A DNA stretch of 53,492 bases from Atractiella rhizophila (Eukaryota). Below the pieces are notes generated by a model. That model saw nothing but the letters and a program-made list of their open reading frames with translations. It did no database searches and was not told where the DNA came from. The DNA lies in NCBI GenBank assembly GCA_021432655.1, contig MU271248.1, positions 71,176-124,667 of the forward strand, given 5' to 3'. Position numbers and translations under genes: made by a program. How positions within the stretch are numbered: position 1 is the stretch's first letter; the number at the start of each line of letters is the position of its first letter. Of this stretch, positions 1-12,076 are shown in pieces.

Positions 1-877
1 AGAAGATAGAATTGTGTTGTATGGAAATCGAGTGTTGTTTTATCTCCTCTGCACAAACGGGAACAGTTAGTACCCCCACAAGGAGTCAAAAGAGGGACCT
101 GTCAGGCAAGACAAAGGGAGAGAAAAGCACTCACATCTCCTCCTCGGGCTCCTACTCCTACTCCTCCTCCTAGGCGGTGGACTGCCTAACTCTCTCCTCG
201 GCGGCGGATCGCTCCTCCTATACATTTGACTTCATCAACAACCCTCCCAAAATCCAATCGTAAAAAAAGACATACCTAACATCTTCTCCACGTCCCCACC
301 GTCCACCCGCACTCGGTCCTCCTCCAGCTCCCCAGCCAGCTCCCCTTCCACCACCACCGAATCCACCACCTCCACCACCTCTCCAAGACCCTCCATCCCT
401 ATCCCTTCCCCTACCCATCCCTCCCGCTGGTCGCCCAATCGGCGCATCTCTATCTGTGTACCTCCCCGGACCACCAGGACCACTTCCCCCTCCTCCGCCA
501 GCACCAGGCCCACCAGCCGTCCAAACACACTCGACGTAATCGCCAACGACGAACCTTCCATCCTCCAACGTCCTCTCTCCCTGTCCTCCTCTAGTCCCTA
601 AATCCCTAGCGTGCACCACGCCGAGGTCGCGGAAGATCCAGCGGTCGGAACGCTCGTCGTAGAGCACGAGACGGAAGGAGTATTTCGCTAATGGGAGACG
701 GAGAGAGGGAGTGCTGTCGCGCAGTTGGAGGACTAGGTCTCGTAACGTGCAGTCGCGCCAGGTGTAGATGCTGTGCAGGGAGGAGGGCGTGGGTGGTGGC
801 CGGAAGTCACGTTCGGTGCTGGGAGTGGTCCTGACGAGGACATGGAGGAGGAAAGGACAGGTCTTTCATTGTGGATA

Positions 878-880
<3 letters not shown>
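1..880. repeat. Direct duplicate (copy 1) of ~3055-3919; extends beyond the left window edge
   Basis: Near-identical to 3055-3919 with scattered SNPs and small indels; the match ends abruptly at the A35 run. Confidence 0.95.
47..862 (-). pseudogene. SAP18: 5'-truncated second copy of SAP18 (exon 1 missing) or the alternative allele
   Basis: Encodes TCPFLLHV...IYTWRDCTLRDL...RDLGVV...TLEDGRFVVGDYVECVW, then a Gly/RGG tail in an intact frame. Homology stops inside intron 1 at the poly-A. Confidence 0.75.

Positions 881-915
<35 letters not shown>
881..915 (+). repeat. A35 homopolymer at the duplication junction
   Basis: 35 consecutive A, exactly where similarity to 3055-3919 ends and 2 nt from the stop codon of the next gene. 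Confidence 0.95.
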
Positions 916-916
<1 letters not shown>

Positions 917-917
917 G

Positions 918-1680
918 TCAAGCGGTCTTTTTGATCCTCTCGACGCCTTCCATCCAGCTTCTATACTCTGCTCCCCATCCACCAATGCGTCTCCTCTTCC
1001 CTCCCACGTCTACGCCCTCCGTTATCATTTTCCCTAACTGGTATTCTCTATTGCTCCTATGGTGTGTAAGACACCAGAGCAAAATGCTGTCCCTGCTGAA
1101 GAAAGTTGCCGTGAAGGATTCGTTGCATCCTTCTTGGCATTGAGGCACGATGCGAAGGATGCGACCTATGGTTCGGACGAAAATACGAGGAAAGTAAAGT
1201 AGAAGAGGGGGATCGAGCCCTGTTTGTATTGTTTTCAATTTTGCACTCCGGGTAAAGAAAGACTTGCAGATGATATCCGTGCTTTCCTCTTCCAGGATGT
1301 TTCCGATGCTCGATCGGTAATTTCTCGATCAGAAGTCAGAACCGCAAGCAAGAGCAGAAGACAGAGGTGGGATACCCATCCACTACCCATCCTTTCTCGC
1401 TAGCTCTCGTAACTGTCAGAACCTTCTCTCTGAACTCTTCTTTCGTGCTCTCTTTGAATCCCGGCTTCCAGAAATACTCGTCGAGGTGTAAAACTGGGAG
1501 ATCGAGGATGGCAGAGAGACGATCAGCGAGGGTGCTGGATTCAAATCACAGTCACCCTCTTGGCCTCCCGTTTAAGCCTCAAGGAAAAAACATTGGAAAT
1601 CACCTCTTTCCTACCCCTGAATTTCCCTGAATCAATACCCGATACCGACCTTGACCGTCACCTTTCAATGGAGGGATCAT
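918..1680 (-). CDS. FlaR/adenylate-kinase-like P-loop NTPase (multi-exon)
   Basis: Spliced translation MIPPLKGDGQGRYRVLIQGNSGVGKSTLADRLSAILDLPVLHLDEYFWKPG...GWVVDGNY...LDPPLLLYFPRIF...SILLWCLTHH. Contains Walker A GxxGxGKS plus the LDxxFWxPG and WVVDGNY motifs of this family. Confidence 0.8.
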
Positions 1681-2117
1681 GGTTAAGTCTCTCGGGAAAA
1701 GATTCGAGGTTGTTCGGAAGTGGACAGACGAGAGAGGCAATGACCAGGTCGCAGGAGCGAGCTTTTTTGAAAGTGTGGTGAAACGAGTCAGCTACACAGC
1801 CTTTGTTTCCGAAGTTTTGACCTCGCGTGACAACCGCGTTCCGTTCCATCTTTGGATGTATAACCCAATTATATTCATCGAAGGGGAGGATTGTGGTTCA
1901 GTGGAGGACTATGAGTGCTTGAGCCAAATAAAATTTCGAAATCCAACTCAGAGTCGCAGCGTTTTATTTCAATCATACTTTGTATCTCTTGCTTATCTCA
2001 GGCTCTACTTTTACCTCAGCCGATAGCAACTTCACTTGAACTCCGCTTGAAGCTGCTTGCTTGAGTGAAAGGATTCGACTCCCACACAAAAGATCAGCAA
2101 CACGTTAGAACTCGAAG

Positions 2118-3039
2118 ATGTCAGCCCTTCTACTTATTGACATCCAATACGACTTCCTCCCTCCCAACGGCACGCTCGCCGTCCCCGACGGTCTCTCCAT
2201 CCTCCCCTCCGTGCACAGTCTTCTTTCCCTCTGTTCACCATCACCAAACACTACAAGTTCAGTCACGAATGAGAATTCAAAGCGCTTCCGCCTCCTGGCG
2301 CTCTCCCAGGACTGGCATCCCCCCGGCCACGTCTCCTTCGCCTCCACCCACGCCTTGGCACCGTTCACAGCCGTACAGCTCCCTGCGTCTTTACAGAAAA
2401 CAGATGCGGAGCGTGAGAGCCTGACGCAGATGTTGTGGCCGGACCATTGTGTACAGGGCTCGAGGGGGGCGGAGGTGGAGGAGAGCGTGGTGGCTAAGGT
2501 GAAGGAGGTGGAAGGCGCGAGTGGGAATGGATTGAAAGTGGTGAGGGTGAAGAAGGGGTATGTGAAGGAACGAGATGCTTATTCGGCTTTTGAGGGTACA
2601 AAATTGGATGTGCAGCTCAAAGGTGTGCCATGTTACCTCTCCTCCCAGATTTCGCTTGAGATAATGGATAATACTGATTGACGGATGGATGTAGAGCATG
2701 GAATAAAGAAACTGTTTCTCGCTGGCCTAGCGACTGACTACTGTATCAGAGCTACGTTCGTCCCTCCTCCGTCCCTCCATCTCTCCATCTCGCTCTAGAA
2801 CATTAACTCAACATAAAAATGGGAACAGAGCATTATCCGGCGTAAATCATGGGTACGAGGTGTACGTGGTTGAAGAGGGGGTTCGAGGGGTGGCGGAGGA
2901 GACGAGTGCGACTGCGGTGGAGGAGATGAAGGCTGCCAGTAAGCTTTCTTCTCTTTTGGATTGAAAGTGGCTCCATTGATCTGGATCGACAGGTGTGAAG
3001 TTCATAAAGCTTGAGGAGGTGCAGGGACTGCTGCTGTGA
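2118..3039 (+). CDS. PNC1: Nicotinamidase/pyrazinamidase (isochorismatase family), 4 exons
   Basis: ALLLIDIQYDF, QDWHPPGHVSFAS, LWPDHCVQGS, KKG...YSAF and spliced GLATDYCI (catalytic Cys); TGA at 3037-3039. Confidence 0.93.
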
Positions 3040-3054
3040 TTTGGTACCTCGGGA

Positions 3055-3919
3055 AGTAGATAGAATTGTGTTGTATGGAAATGGAGTGTTGTTTTATCTC
3101 TTCTGCACAAACGGGAACAAGTTAGTACTCCTACAAGGAGTTAAAAGAGGGACTTGTTAGGCAAGAGAAAGGGAGAGAAAAGCACTCACATCTCCTCCTC
3201 GGGCTCCTCCTCCTAGGCGGTGGACTGCCTAACTCTCTCCTCGGCGGCGGGTCGCTCCTCCTATACATTTGACTTCATCAACAACCCTCCAAAATCCAAT
3301 CATAAAAAGACATACCTAACATCTTCTCCACGTCCCCACCGTCCACCCCCACTCGGTCCTCCTCCAGCTCCCCAGCCAGCTCCCCTTCCACCACCACCGA
3401 ATCCACCACCTCCACCACCTCTCCAAGACCCTCCATCCCTATCCCTTCCCCTACCCATCCCTCCCGCTGGTCGCCCAATCGGCGCATCTCTATCTGTGTA
3501 CCTCCCCGGGCCACCTGGACCACTTCCCCCTCCTCCGCCAGCACCAGGTCCACCAGCCGTCCAACACACTCGACGTAATCGCCAACGACGAACCTTCCAT
3601 CCTCCAACGTCCTCTCTCCCTGTCCTCCTCTAGTTCCTAAATCCCTAGCGTGCACCACGCCGAGGTCGCGGAAGATCCAGCGGTCGGAACGCTCGTCGTA
3701 GAGCACGAGACGGAAGGAGTATTTTGCTAATGGGAGACGGAGAGAGGGAGTGCTGTCGCGCAGTTGGAGGACTAGGTCTCGTAACGTGCAGTCGCGCCAG
3801 GTGTAGATGCTGTGCAGGGAGGAGGGCGTGGGTGGTGGCCGGAAGTCACGTTCGGTGCTGGGAGTGGTCCTGACGAGGACATGGAGGAGGAAAGGACAGG
3901 TCTTTCATTGTGGATATGT
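3055..3919. repeat. Direct duplicate (copy 2) of 1-880
   Basis: Near-identical to 1-880 and continues into the full SAP18 intron 1 and exon 1. Confidence 0.95.
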
Positions 3920-4105
3920 TGTCGGATATGTTATTCGGTGGATATATGTGATCAGATGGAGCATATGCAATTGGTAATAGGATATGGTGTTGGAGGTGGA
4001 GAGCAAGGAGGAATGAGAGCAATGTCAATGGTGATACCAGTAACAAGAAGAAGAGGAAAAACCTACGCGTTCGCGATCCACATTGGGTCCACGGCGGTCA
4101 CTCAT
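3101..4105 (-). CDS. SAP18: Sin3-associated polypeptide SAP18 (ASAP complex); apparent 1-nt frameshift near 3563
   Basis: Exon 1 MSDRRGPNVDRER|GTAGGT, exon 2 TCPFLL...IYTWRD.TLRDL...SFRLVLYD...FVVGDYVECV, then Gly/RGG and RS-like tail. Confidence 0.88.
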
Positions 4106-4359
4106 TTTGAACGTCAACCTTTGCTATCTGCTCTGCTGTTCGAGTCGCTGTAAAATCCACAGGAAGAAAAGGTTGTTCTGGCTGGACTTGACCGTTTTTG
4201 GTGAGCAGCAGGAGAAGGTGGTCACCTCGTCAATGTTCATCAACTCACCAACAATATTCGGGACCGGAACAAACGACGACATCGTCTATCTCCTTGTACC
4301 ATTGTAGGCAGCGTCTCTGGCAGTGTTAGCAGCAGTAACGCAACATTCGAGCGTTTGAC

Positions 4360-5829
4360 ATGAGCTCCTTCGATGTCTCCCTCATTCGGGGCGAAATTGA
4401 GAGTATTCTGGTCAGCCTCTTTCCGTTCCGCATGCTCACTCGCTAACTTGACTTGTTTACCGCATTATCGTCTGGTCATCTACCTCACTTTACATCGTCT
4501 GCTACATTATCGGATGTTGAATAAATACGCGACATTTATACAGACGGCACCAGACCTCGATGTCCAAACTATCTCTGTTCGTTTCCTCCTCCATGCATAA
4601 ACAAGCATAAGAAGCTGACGAGACGTCTTGGGAAGTCGAAACAAGTGCGGAGGATGTTGGCGGAAAAGTTCCCGGAAATGGACATGAAGGCTCACAAGGC
4701 TTTGTTGAAGGCAGAGATCGTTTCTGCCTTTAGGAACGTGCGTCTCATCCCTCCTTCCACCCTTCAAACTACCTACAAGCTGTCGTCCTTCTGACCTACA
4801 TGTCACTTTGATAGATACATGGAGAAGTTGACGTCGAAGGTGCCACCTCTCCGCCTCCTGAACAGCCGTCTACACACTCTTCTCCAGCTCCCTCTGCCGC
4901 CGCAATTCCAGAGAGCAAAACCGAGAAGGCGGGAAAGAAGAAGAAGAAAGAGGAGGACGAGGAGATGTCAGACTCAGAATACGCCCGGTTCGTACTTTCC
5001 ACACGAAGCCACCAAAGCCGTCCAGACTCAAAAATGCGTCTCTCACAGTCAACTGAACGCGGAGCTCAACGGACGATCGTCCCGTCGCGTTTCCTCTCGT
5101 GCGAATGGGAGCGGGAGGACGAGTAGTGCGGTGAAGAAGACTGGTGGGAGGAAGCGAGGGGCGGGGGTGAAGAGTAGCGAGATGGTTGAGGATTCGGACG
5201 CGTCGACGGTCGACGAGCCGGCTTCTTCTTCTGCGCGGGCAAAGGCGCCGGTGAAGAAGAGGAAGAAGAAGGCGGATGGAGAAGAAGAGGGAGGGAAGAG
5301 GAAGGGGCCAGGAGAGGGGAAGGGGTTCAATAAACTTTGTCGACTCTCCGTCAGTGTCCTCTTCTCCCCCTCTCCCAACGCCGTATTCTCTACTTTTCTG
5401 CTGTACGCTGAATTGAACTTTGAATTGGAATAGCCGGCGTTGAGCGATTTTATGGGCGAAGAAAAGTTGTCCCGTCCGCAGGTAGTCAAGAGGTTATGGG
5501 AATACATAAAGGCTAACGACCTCCAGGTTCGCCCTCCTCCCATATCTCTATTTACAGCGCATGAAATGTTGATATGTGACCACTAGATACCGACGGATAA
5601 GAGGAAGATACGGTGCGACGAGAGGCTGAAGACGGTGTTTGATAGGGAGACTGTGGACAGTTTCAAGATGAACGTGAGAACTACTTTCGTCTCTCCATTT
5701 CGCTTTAACTTTCCAACACTTCAATGGTTTCACTGTTTTAATGTTTCAACGTCAATGAGGGCTGTGAACTGACTTTGCGGATGGGGACAGAAATATCTGA
5801 CTGCCCACATCTGGAAGGACGACGAATGA
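4360..5829 (+). CDS. DEK-C + SWIB/MDM2 domain protein (Uaf30/Tri1-like)
   Basis: N-terminus MSSFDVSLIRGEIESIL|TAPDLDVQTIS; C-terminal SWIB GFNKLCRLS|PALSDFMGEEKLSRPQVVKRLWEYIKANDLQ|...DKRKIRCDERLKTVF...FKMN|KYLTAHIW. Confidence 0.85.
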
Positions 5830-6232
5830 CCATCTCCTGTTTAGCTTCTTGTTTAGGTCGAATGTGTTTCCTTCGTCTTTCTACCTGTTCATCATGATCG
5901 TCACACCATGAAACCCATTTCTTGGTATCTTGAATCCACTCAATCAATTTAGTCCAAAGGCTTCTTCCTTCCCTTTTCATTTTCTTCCTTTCTTGCTCTC
6001 AGTGATTTTGGTTACTTTCCTTGTAAGATAGGATGCTTCTCGCTAAAGTGACGCGATTGATGATGACTGAAGTAAGTAGTACGAAAAGGATCCATTGCAG
6101 ATGAAACTGAACGTCCCGACTCCCGTCACATCATTATTTATCGTCGTCACTCCCAGTGACCAGAACAGTGTACTGTATAATGTATCGACCCAAACCCCCT
6201 TCCTCCCTCCTGGGCAAGCCTCACTTAATTGT

Positions 6233-7060
6233 TCATTCGTCAGCGACGAGCGCGAGGATCATCCTGTGATTATATATTCTCAGTTCAGAATGATGTGAAT
6301 TGGATAGTGAGAAGAATGACTGACCGGTAGAGAGCGTAGAAGAAGTAGGCGAGGTAGAACTGTGAGTCCGGGCAAATGAATCAGTCAGAGAAGTGTAGGG
6401 AAAGTAGAAGGGAAGAGGGAGAAGAAGGGAGGGAGGGACGAACGCCGAGTTTGATGAAGCTCTCCTTCTTGTGCACGCTCAGCGTCCTAAAGATCTCGGT
6501 CGCGTCATACAGGTGGTTCTTATTTACGACTCTATCCAACACGAAAATGGATGAGTAAACCCGAACTTTGACTTTGAGTGAGAGGAGGAAGGACGAACTT
6601 GTTTATGTTGTAGGCCACCAGTGGGAGGTTGATTGTGAGAGCTGTGAATTGGAAGGAGAAGAGGTAGAGTAGGGTGAGGAAGGCATGGGCTGCCATTTCT
6701 GGGAGCACAAACTGTGTACCACCACAACCACCCACGAAGCCGTTTAGCGCTTCATGTAATTGATGAGAAGATAGAAAGGAGAATACTGACTTGGTTGAGC
6801 TTGTTGCAGAGGTCGATGGGGTTTATGTAGTCCACTTCGAGGTCAGAGAACATGATGATCTAGCAGCATCACCAACGCTCAGCTCTAACCAGCCTGATGT
6901 TTAGAAGAGGAGAAAGACACACAAAGTAGACGGCTGTGAAGAGGAGGACAGCAGCCATGATGACGCTGAAGAGGAAAAGCCACGCTTCACCGCTCTGCCA
7001 GGACGCCTGTCAATTCGCCAGTCCAACCAGGCATGACACAGCAAAGGGTTGGCTTACCAT
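6233..7060 (-). CDS. ERV14: Cornichon-family ER cargo receptor
   Basis: M|SGEAWLFLFSVIMAAVLLF...IIMFSDLEVDYINPIDLCNKLNQ|FVLPEMAAHAFL...NLPLVAYN...LYDATEIFRTL...HKKESFIKL...MILALVADE*. Confidence 0.93.
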
Positions 7061-7250
7061 TTTGAATATGTAAATATGTAAAGTTGAAAAGGTCAGGGAG
7101 AGGTTCGAAGGTGAATGTCGTGGACGTTGTCGTGTCGAAATTTTTGTGTGGCTCGAACGCCGTCTTGAAACTCGTCTTCACCTCACACTATCAGCAGCCT
7201 AATACCTATATTTTATTGTGCTTTGTAGCAGGCTCAGCAGCAAGAGCAAG

Positions 7251-10200
7251 ATGGGCAAGAAACGAAAGTCCGGTTTCATGTCTGATGGATCTTCCTCTGG
7301 CGACTCAGGCGGCGAAGCGGACGACTCATACTTCGACGGTAACGACGCAGACGTAGCTGCAGAGCGCGAACTGTTCAACAATCCTTACGGCAGGGGCGGA
7401 AAACGAGGGCGGGGGAAGAAGGATGCGTGGGAGGGCGTCTTTGGAGATGGGGAGGAGGAGCAGTATAGCGGTGGCAGAGGGATCAAGAGGAAGAAGGGGA
7501 ATAGGTGCGTTACTCTTGTTCTGTTCAACTGGTGCGAGAACTGTGCGTGACGGATATTGATTATTTGCTTTGGTGCATAGGGAAACAACTTTCGTCAAAG
7601 CTTCGTCCCGTGAACCGCCCGTCAAAGACGTCCTCGACATCCCTCCTGTAGCAGCTGATGTCGACATGCGTGGTGCGAGCAGTTCCTCCTCCTCCTCCTC
7701 TTCCAACTCAGACGACGAATCCGACCGTGAGGAGGAGGCGGAAGAGAAGCGTATTCCAAGGGACAGACAAGCGGAACAAGAAGAGGATGAGGAGAAGCCA
7801 AGAATGGGAATGGGGATGGGTGCAAGAGGCGGTGGGATAGGTATGGGCGGAAGACCATCGCTCGCTTCAATGATTGGACGCGAGTCGGGAGACAATACTC
7901 CTACGTCGCGTATGGGAATGGGGATGGGTGGTCGAGCCTCACTGGCTTCCTTCCTCGCGCGCAACGAAGAATCACCATCCTCCACGCCTCCACACCCTTC
8001 CTCAAGCGCCGGCATCGGTGCCTCCCAACCCCCGCCAGAGCGGGAACGACGAGCCTTCCTCGGAGCGCAATCGTCGCCTGCGACGACCCCGCGTCCAAAC
8101 GCCATGTCCTCGCTCACGCGGGAAGAGAAGGTGCATTTCGCCAAGCTCCAGAGCAAGGGCGGGGCGGCGCTGAAGATGATGGAGAAGATGGGGTGGAAGG
8201 CTGGAGAGGGTCTTGGGAAGGAGGGTGCGGGAAGGGTGACGCCTGTCATGAGCACTTTGAGGCCGAAGGGGATGGGGTTGGCTTATGAGGGGTTTAGGGA
8301 GAAGGGGAAGGCGGCGACTGTTGAAGAGAAGCGGAAGGAAGAGAAGATGAGGAAGGAAGAGAAGGAGAAGGAGAAGGAGGGGAAGAAGGAGAATTGGACG
8401 AGGGGAAAATTGAAGAAGAGGAAGGTCGAACATAGGACTTATGAACAAATCTTGGCCCTTGAAGGAGGTGGTGGGGAAGGAAGAGTGGATTCATCTTTAG
8501 GTGTGATAATCGATGCGACCGGGTCTACTCTCAAGGAACTCCCCTCCCTCCCTTCCTCTCTCTCATTCGTCCCAACACACGAAGAAACCAGTAGTCGTCT
8601 CCCCGAACTGACCCACAACCTCTCCCTCATCCTCTCCCAAGTCTCAGGCGACCTCAAAGGGTTTGCTCGTGAAGGCCAAGAGATCAGAAACCGGCGAGCT
8701 TACCTAGAGAAGGAAGAAGAGCGCTTGAAGAGTTCATTAGAGGAGGCTGGGGAAAGGAGGGCGAGGTTGGAAGGAGCTATGACCGTCGTGGGACGATTGG
8801 TCAGCTTGAAGGTGGTGAAAGAGACGGATCTGGAGCAGATGGACGAACCCATACGCGAACTCTTAGGCCTCTATCCTGACGTCTATGCCGCCCATGCGCT
8901 GGATGAAGTCGTAGTGGCTGCACTGTCTGCTCCCCTCAAGAGGATGTGGACTACTTGGGACCCACTTCAGAAACCTGACTTGTTATGTCGACAGCTTGCG
9001 GGATGGAAGAATGCTTTTAGGCTGGGGAATTCAGGAGAGAAGGACAAAAAGGGGAAGGGGAAGATGACTGCTTTCGAAAGTCTGATGTGGAACAGCTGGC
9101 TTCCAAAGGTGCGCTCTGCTATCAAGTAAGTTTTTCATTCCGCTTAAATATGACAACTCCGGAAGACTGATGAACGCTTATGTGAATGCACAGCAATCGT
9201 TGGGACCCGTCCGACTCCACACCTGTCATCGAACTCTTCAAATCCCACGCCCCAATCCTCCCATCCTTCATTTCCGACAACTTCATCGCTCAACTCCTAA
9301 TCCCCAAGCTCCTTTCCTCCATCGCCTCCTGGAATCCTCGCTCTCCCCATTCGCTCGCATCCGTGGTGCTCCCTTGGCTCGAAGTCGTCGGCGAACGCCC
9401 CCTCGAGCCGGTGGTGGAGGAAGCGAAGAGGAAGGTGGCGTGGTGGATGAAGGGATGGAGGGTGCGAGATGGGTTCCCTTCGATTGGGGTATGGAAGGGC
9501 GTGATGAGCCGAAAAGAGTGGGAGGATCTGATTGTGAAATATGTCCTGCCTCAGTTGGGGAAGGAGTTGAGGGACAAGTTCAGCGTGAACCCAAGGGAAC
9601 AGAATTTGGACGCTTTGGAGCAGGTGTTGTTGTGGAAGGAGCTGTTGAGAGGAGAATACATAGATCAGCTTCTCGAGAAGGAGTTTTGGCCAAAGTGGAT
9701 CGATGCGCTGTATACTTGGTTGGTTGCGGATCCGAACACGAAAGAGATCGCGGATTGGTGCGTTTTCATTCATTTATTCATGCTGGGGAAAAGTATCTGA
9801 CTTTGCTTTTTCTTTCTGCGCAGGTACGATTGGTGGAAAGATTACTTTGGAGAGGACATAAACTCTTTGCCTGGGTTTAAGCATGCGCTTACTAAGGCGA
9901 GAGATCTGATCAACCAGGCTATGGCACTGAAGGGTGATGCGAAGCATCGGTACGTGTTATCCTTCCTCACATTTCTTTGGAGCTCACACTCGAAATGTTG
10001 TGATGTCAGATTAAAACGACCAGACCCATCGTCTCTCGCCTACACTCCTCCGCCGAAATCCTCCAAATCAGGAGCGAAGAAGAAACAGTCTGTCGCTCAG
10101 AAGCAAGTACAAGAGGAGATCTCATTCAAGCAACTCATCGAGGAGGTGGCGGAAGAGAACGAACTGGTGATGTTACCAACTGGCAGGGCGGAAGAGAAGA

Positions 10201-10352
10201 CGGGAAGCGTGATATATCGGTTGGGCACGGAGGCTGATAGGAAGGGTGTCATGCTATACATCCATGATGAGGTGGCGTGGGTAAGGGAGAAGGAGGGAAG
10301 CTGGCGGCCTGTGGGTGTGGAGGAACTTATGAAGCTTGGAAAGGGAATGTAG
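7251..10352 (+). CDS. TFIP11: G-patch/GCFC spliceosome disassembly factor (TFIP11/Ntr1/Spp382)
   Basis: G-patch ALKMMEKMGWKAGEGLGKEGAG...GMGL; PELTHNL, WDPL, MTAFESLMWNSWLPKVRSAI, VNPREQNLD, EFWPKW; C-terminal ISFKQLIEEVAEE. Confidence 0.92.
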
Positions 10353-10923
10353 AGGGGCATTCATTGTCCACCATTTGACGATCCCGTCGTCCTTAACTAT
10401 GGATGCAACACATAACAACTGTGTCAATTCATCGATAATCAGACATAATGGAGTGCTCTGGAATGCTATTGCCACGGTCGCGAGAATGTTGGGCAATGAA
10501 GTTTAAATGAAGTTGAGCAAGAATCACGTGCGCCGGCTTGAGTCAGGCATTCACCAGATTCCAACATCCGTTAAATTTTGGCCAACTCTCGCTTCACGGA
10601 CGATCCGCCTGACATTTCGATACGGCTGTGGATGAAAGCAGGAGGAGTGTTGGACAGCGAAGCTCTAGCGTTAATAGGCCGATTGGGAACTTGCGCAGTG
10701 GCGAGAAGGATTGAGCTGGGGTAAATCACGAACTAGCAACTTCGACTATCGTGAGTGTTCCCTCTCAGCCAGGAGGTGGGATATGGATCGAGGGTGCCTA
10801 TGAGGTTTTGATATGGGAAACTGTTTGATTCATGTCGGTGTTGTCTACTGCCCTCCTCACTGCTCATTGCAAGCTGCAGAACGTGGGTGAGATGTCCTCA
10901 GTCGTCAACCCGTCTCTACAGCG

Positions 10924-12061
10924 AGGGAACTGAGATAATAGTTGTGGATGGATGTGAGACCACGTATTGCGTGAGAAATGCGGCAAAGAAAAGTCTCTCA
11001 GGTGCGGTGCCACCGTCATTTCCCTCCGATCAGAGCGGGTGTCAACTTTTATACACTTCATTCTCCCGTTTGAATCTCAACATACTTCTCATTTGCTATG
11101 AGTATGATGAAGAAATTCACGCCGGCGACTTGGACTGATCCTCCTCAACCTTGGAGCTTGGAATGGATGGATCCTGGATGGTGCTGTGACCTTGGTAATA
11201 GCACAGGATTGCATGGGATCTTGCTCGTTGGCTCCTCGTGTGGCATTGCCCTGTATGTTGCCGCGCAATCGAATGGGTCTGTTGTGGGGTCAACCGCTGC
11301 AATGTGAAGCTGCATTAAGGACGAAAGATTGGATCAGTCGGTGTATTGTCATTTCACCGCCCAGCGCGATATCCTCTTCTAGTTCAGACCCTGGACACTA
11401 CAAAAGACTCGTTAGGTAGTTCCATAGCTTTCAAGCTTCCGTGACGGCCTTTGTTGGAAGCTATTACGCTGCCAATGGCGAAAAGTTGCCACTTACCGTG
11501 GAAGGTTGTGTGTGACTAGAGGAGGTTTATCGACGACCTTACAGCTCAAAGTGGCCATCTCCTCCATAAATTTACCTTCTGCCCCGAGTTATTTGTGAAG
11601 TGTCATTCCCATTCTGAAATGCGAGGTGGAATTATTATGCAAGTTTGACAATGGACCAAGGAGCGCGTTTCATGCTCGAGGTTTTCCCTCTGGAAACTTT
11701 AGGACTATATGTATCTACTTGTCAATGGCAGGAACTTCATCGCCCTTGAATTCAGCTAGGTTATAGCTAGCGAGAGCAACTTCTACTTCTATCAACGAAC
11801 CCTCCCAACTGGTTGATCATTGTGGTGAACTATACTGACGGCTTTCTTACAGTGCTTGCAATGCCTCTATCCCGTTCTCCCTCTCCATACAACGACGGTG
11901 CTACGGCTTCAGGGCCACGTTACGGTCTCAGGCGAACCAGTGTTAGGAAAGAACGAATCAGTCGACCCAGCGACCATCGCAGTGTTAAGACTGTGGAATA
12001 CCTGACGGATCATTATGACGGACTCACGGGGTCTTCCACCTTCATCAACGATCAGCGACCT
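10924..12061. repeat. Tandem duplication unit A (~1.14 kb)
   Basis: Starts agggaactgagataatag and aligns to 12062-13184. Confidence 0.95.
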
Positions 12062-12076
12062 AGGGAACTGAGATAA
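11861..12076 (+). pseudogene. Truncated copy of the first ~67 codons of the KH-domain gene
   Basis: Same peptide MPLSRSPSP...FINDQRP, then runs into the start of unit B and stops. Confidence 0.75.

Noticed and set aside
733..1037. Poly-Phe and poly-Lys ORFs
   Set aside because: They are simply translations of the A35 run.
4198..4251. 8-bp inverted repeat TTGGTGAG/CTCACCAA in the SAP18-SWIB promoter
   Set aside because: Short, with a long spacer and no target-site duplication; not distinguishable from chance.
7801..7960. Repeated MGMGMG/GGRxSLAS peptide in TFIP11
   Set aside because: An ordinary low-complexity Gly-rich linker before the G-patch.
7326..8657. Long antisense ORFs over TFIP11 (similar ones lie over the USP, glyoxalase and KH genes)
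   Set aside because: Shadow ORFs produced by GC-rich, low-complexity codon usage of the real gene on the other strand.
11104..11138. ATGATGA...CTGA resembling a C/D snoRNA
   Set aside because: Only ~35 nt long, with no terminal stem, and the D box is not kept in the duplicate copy.
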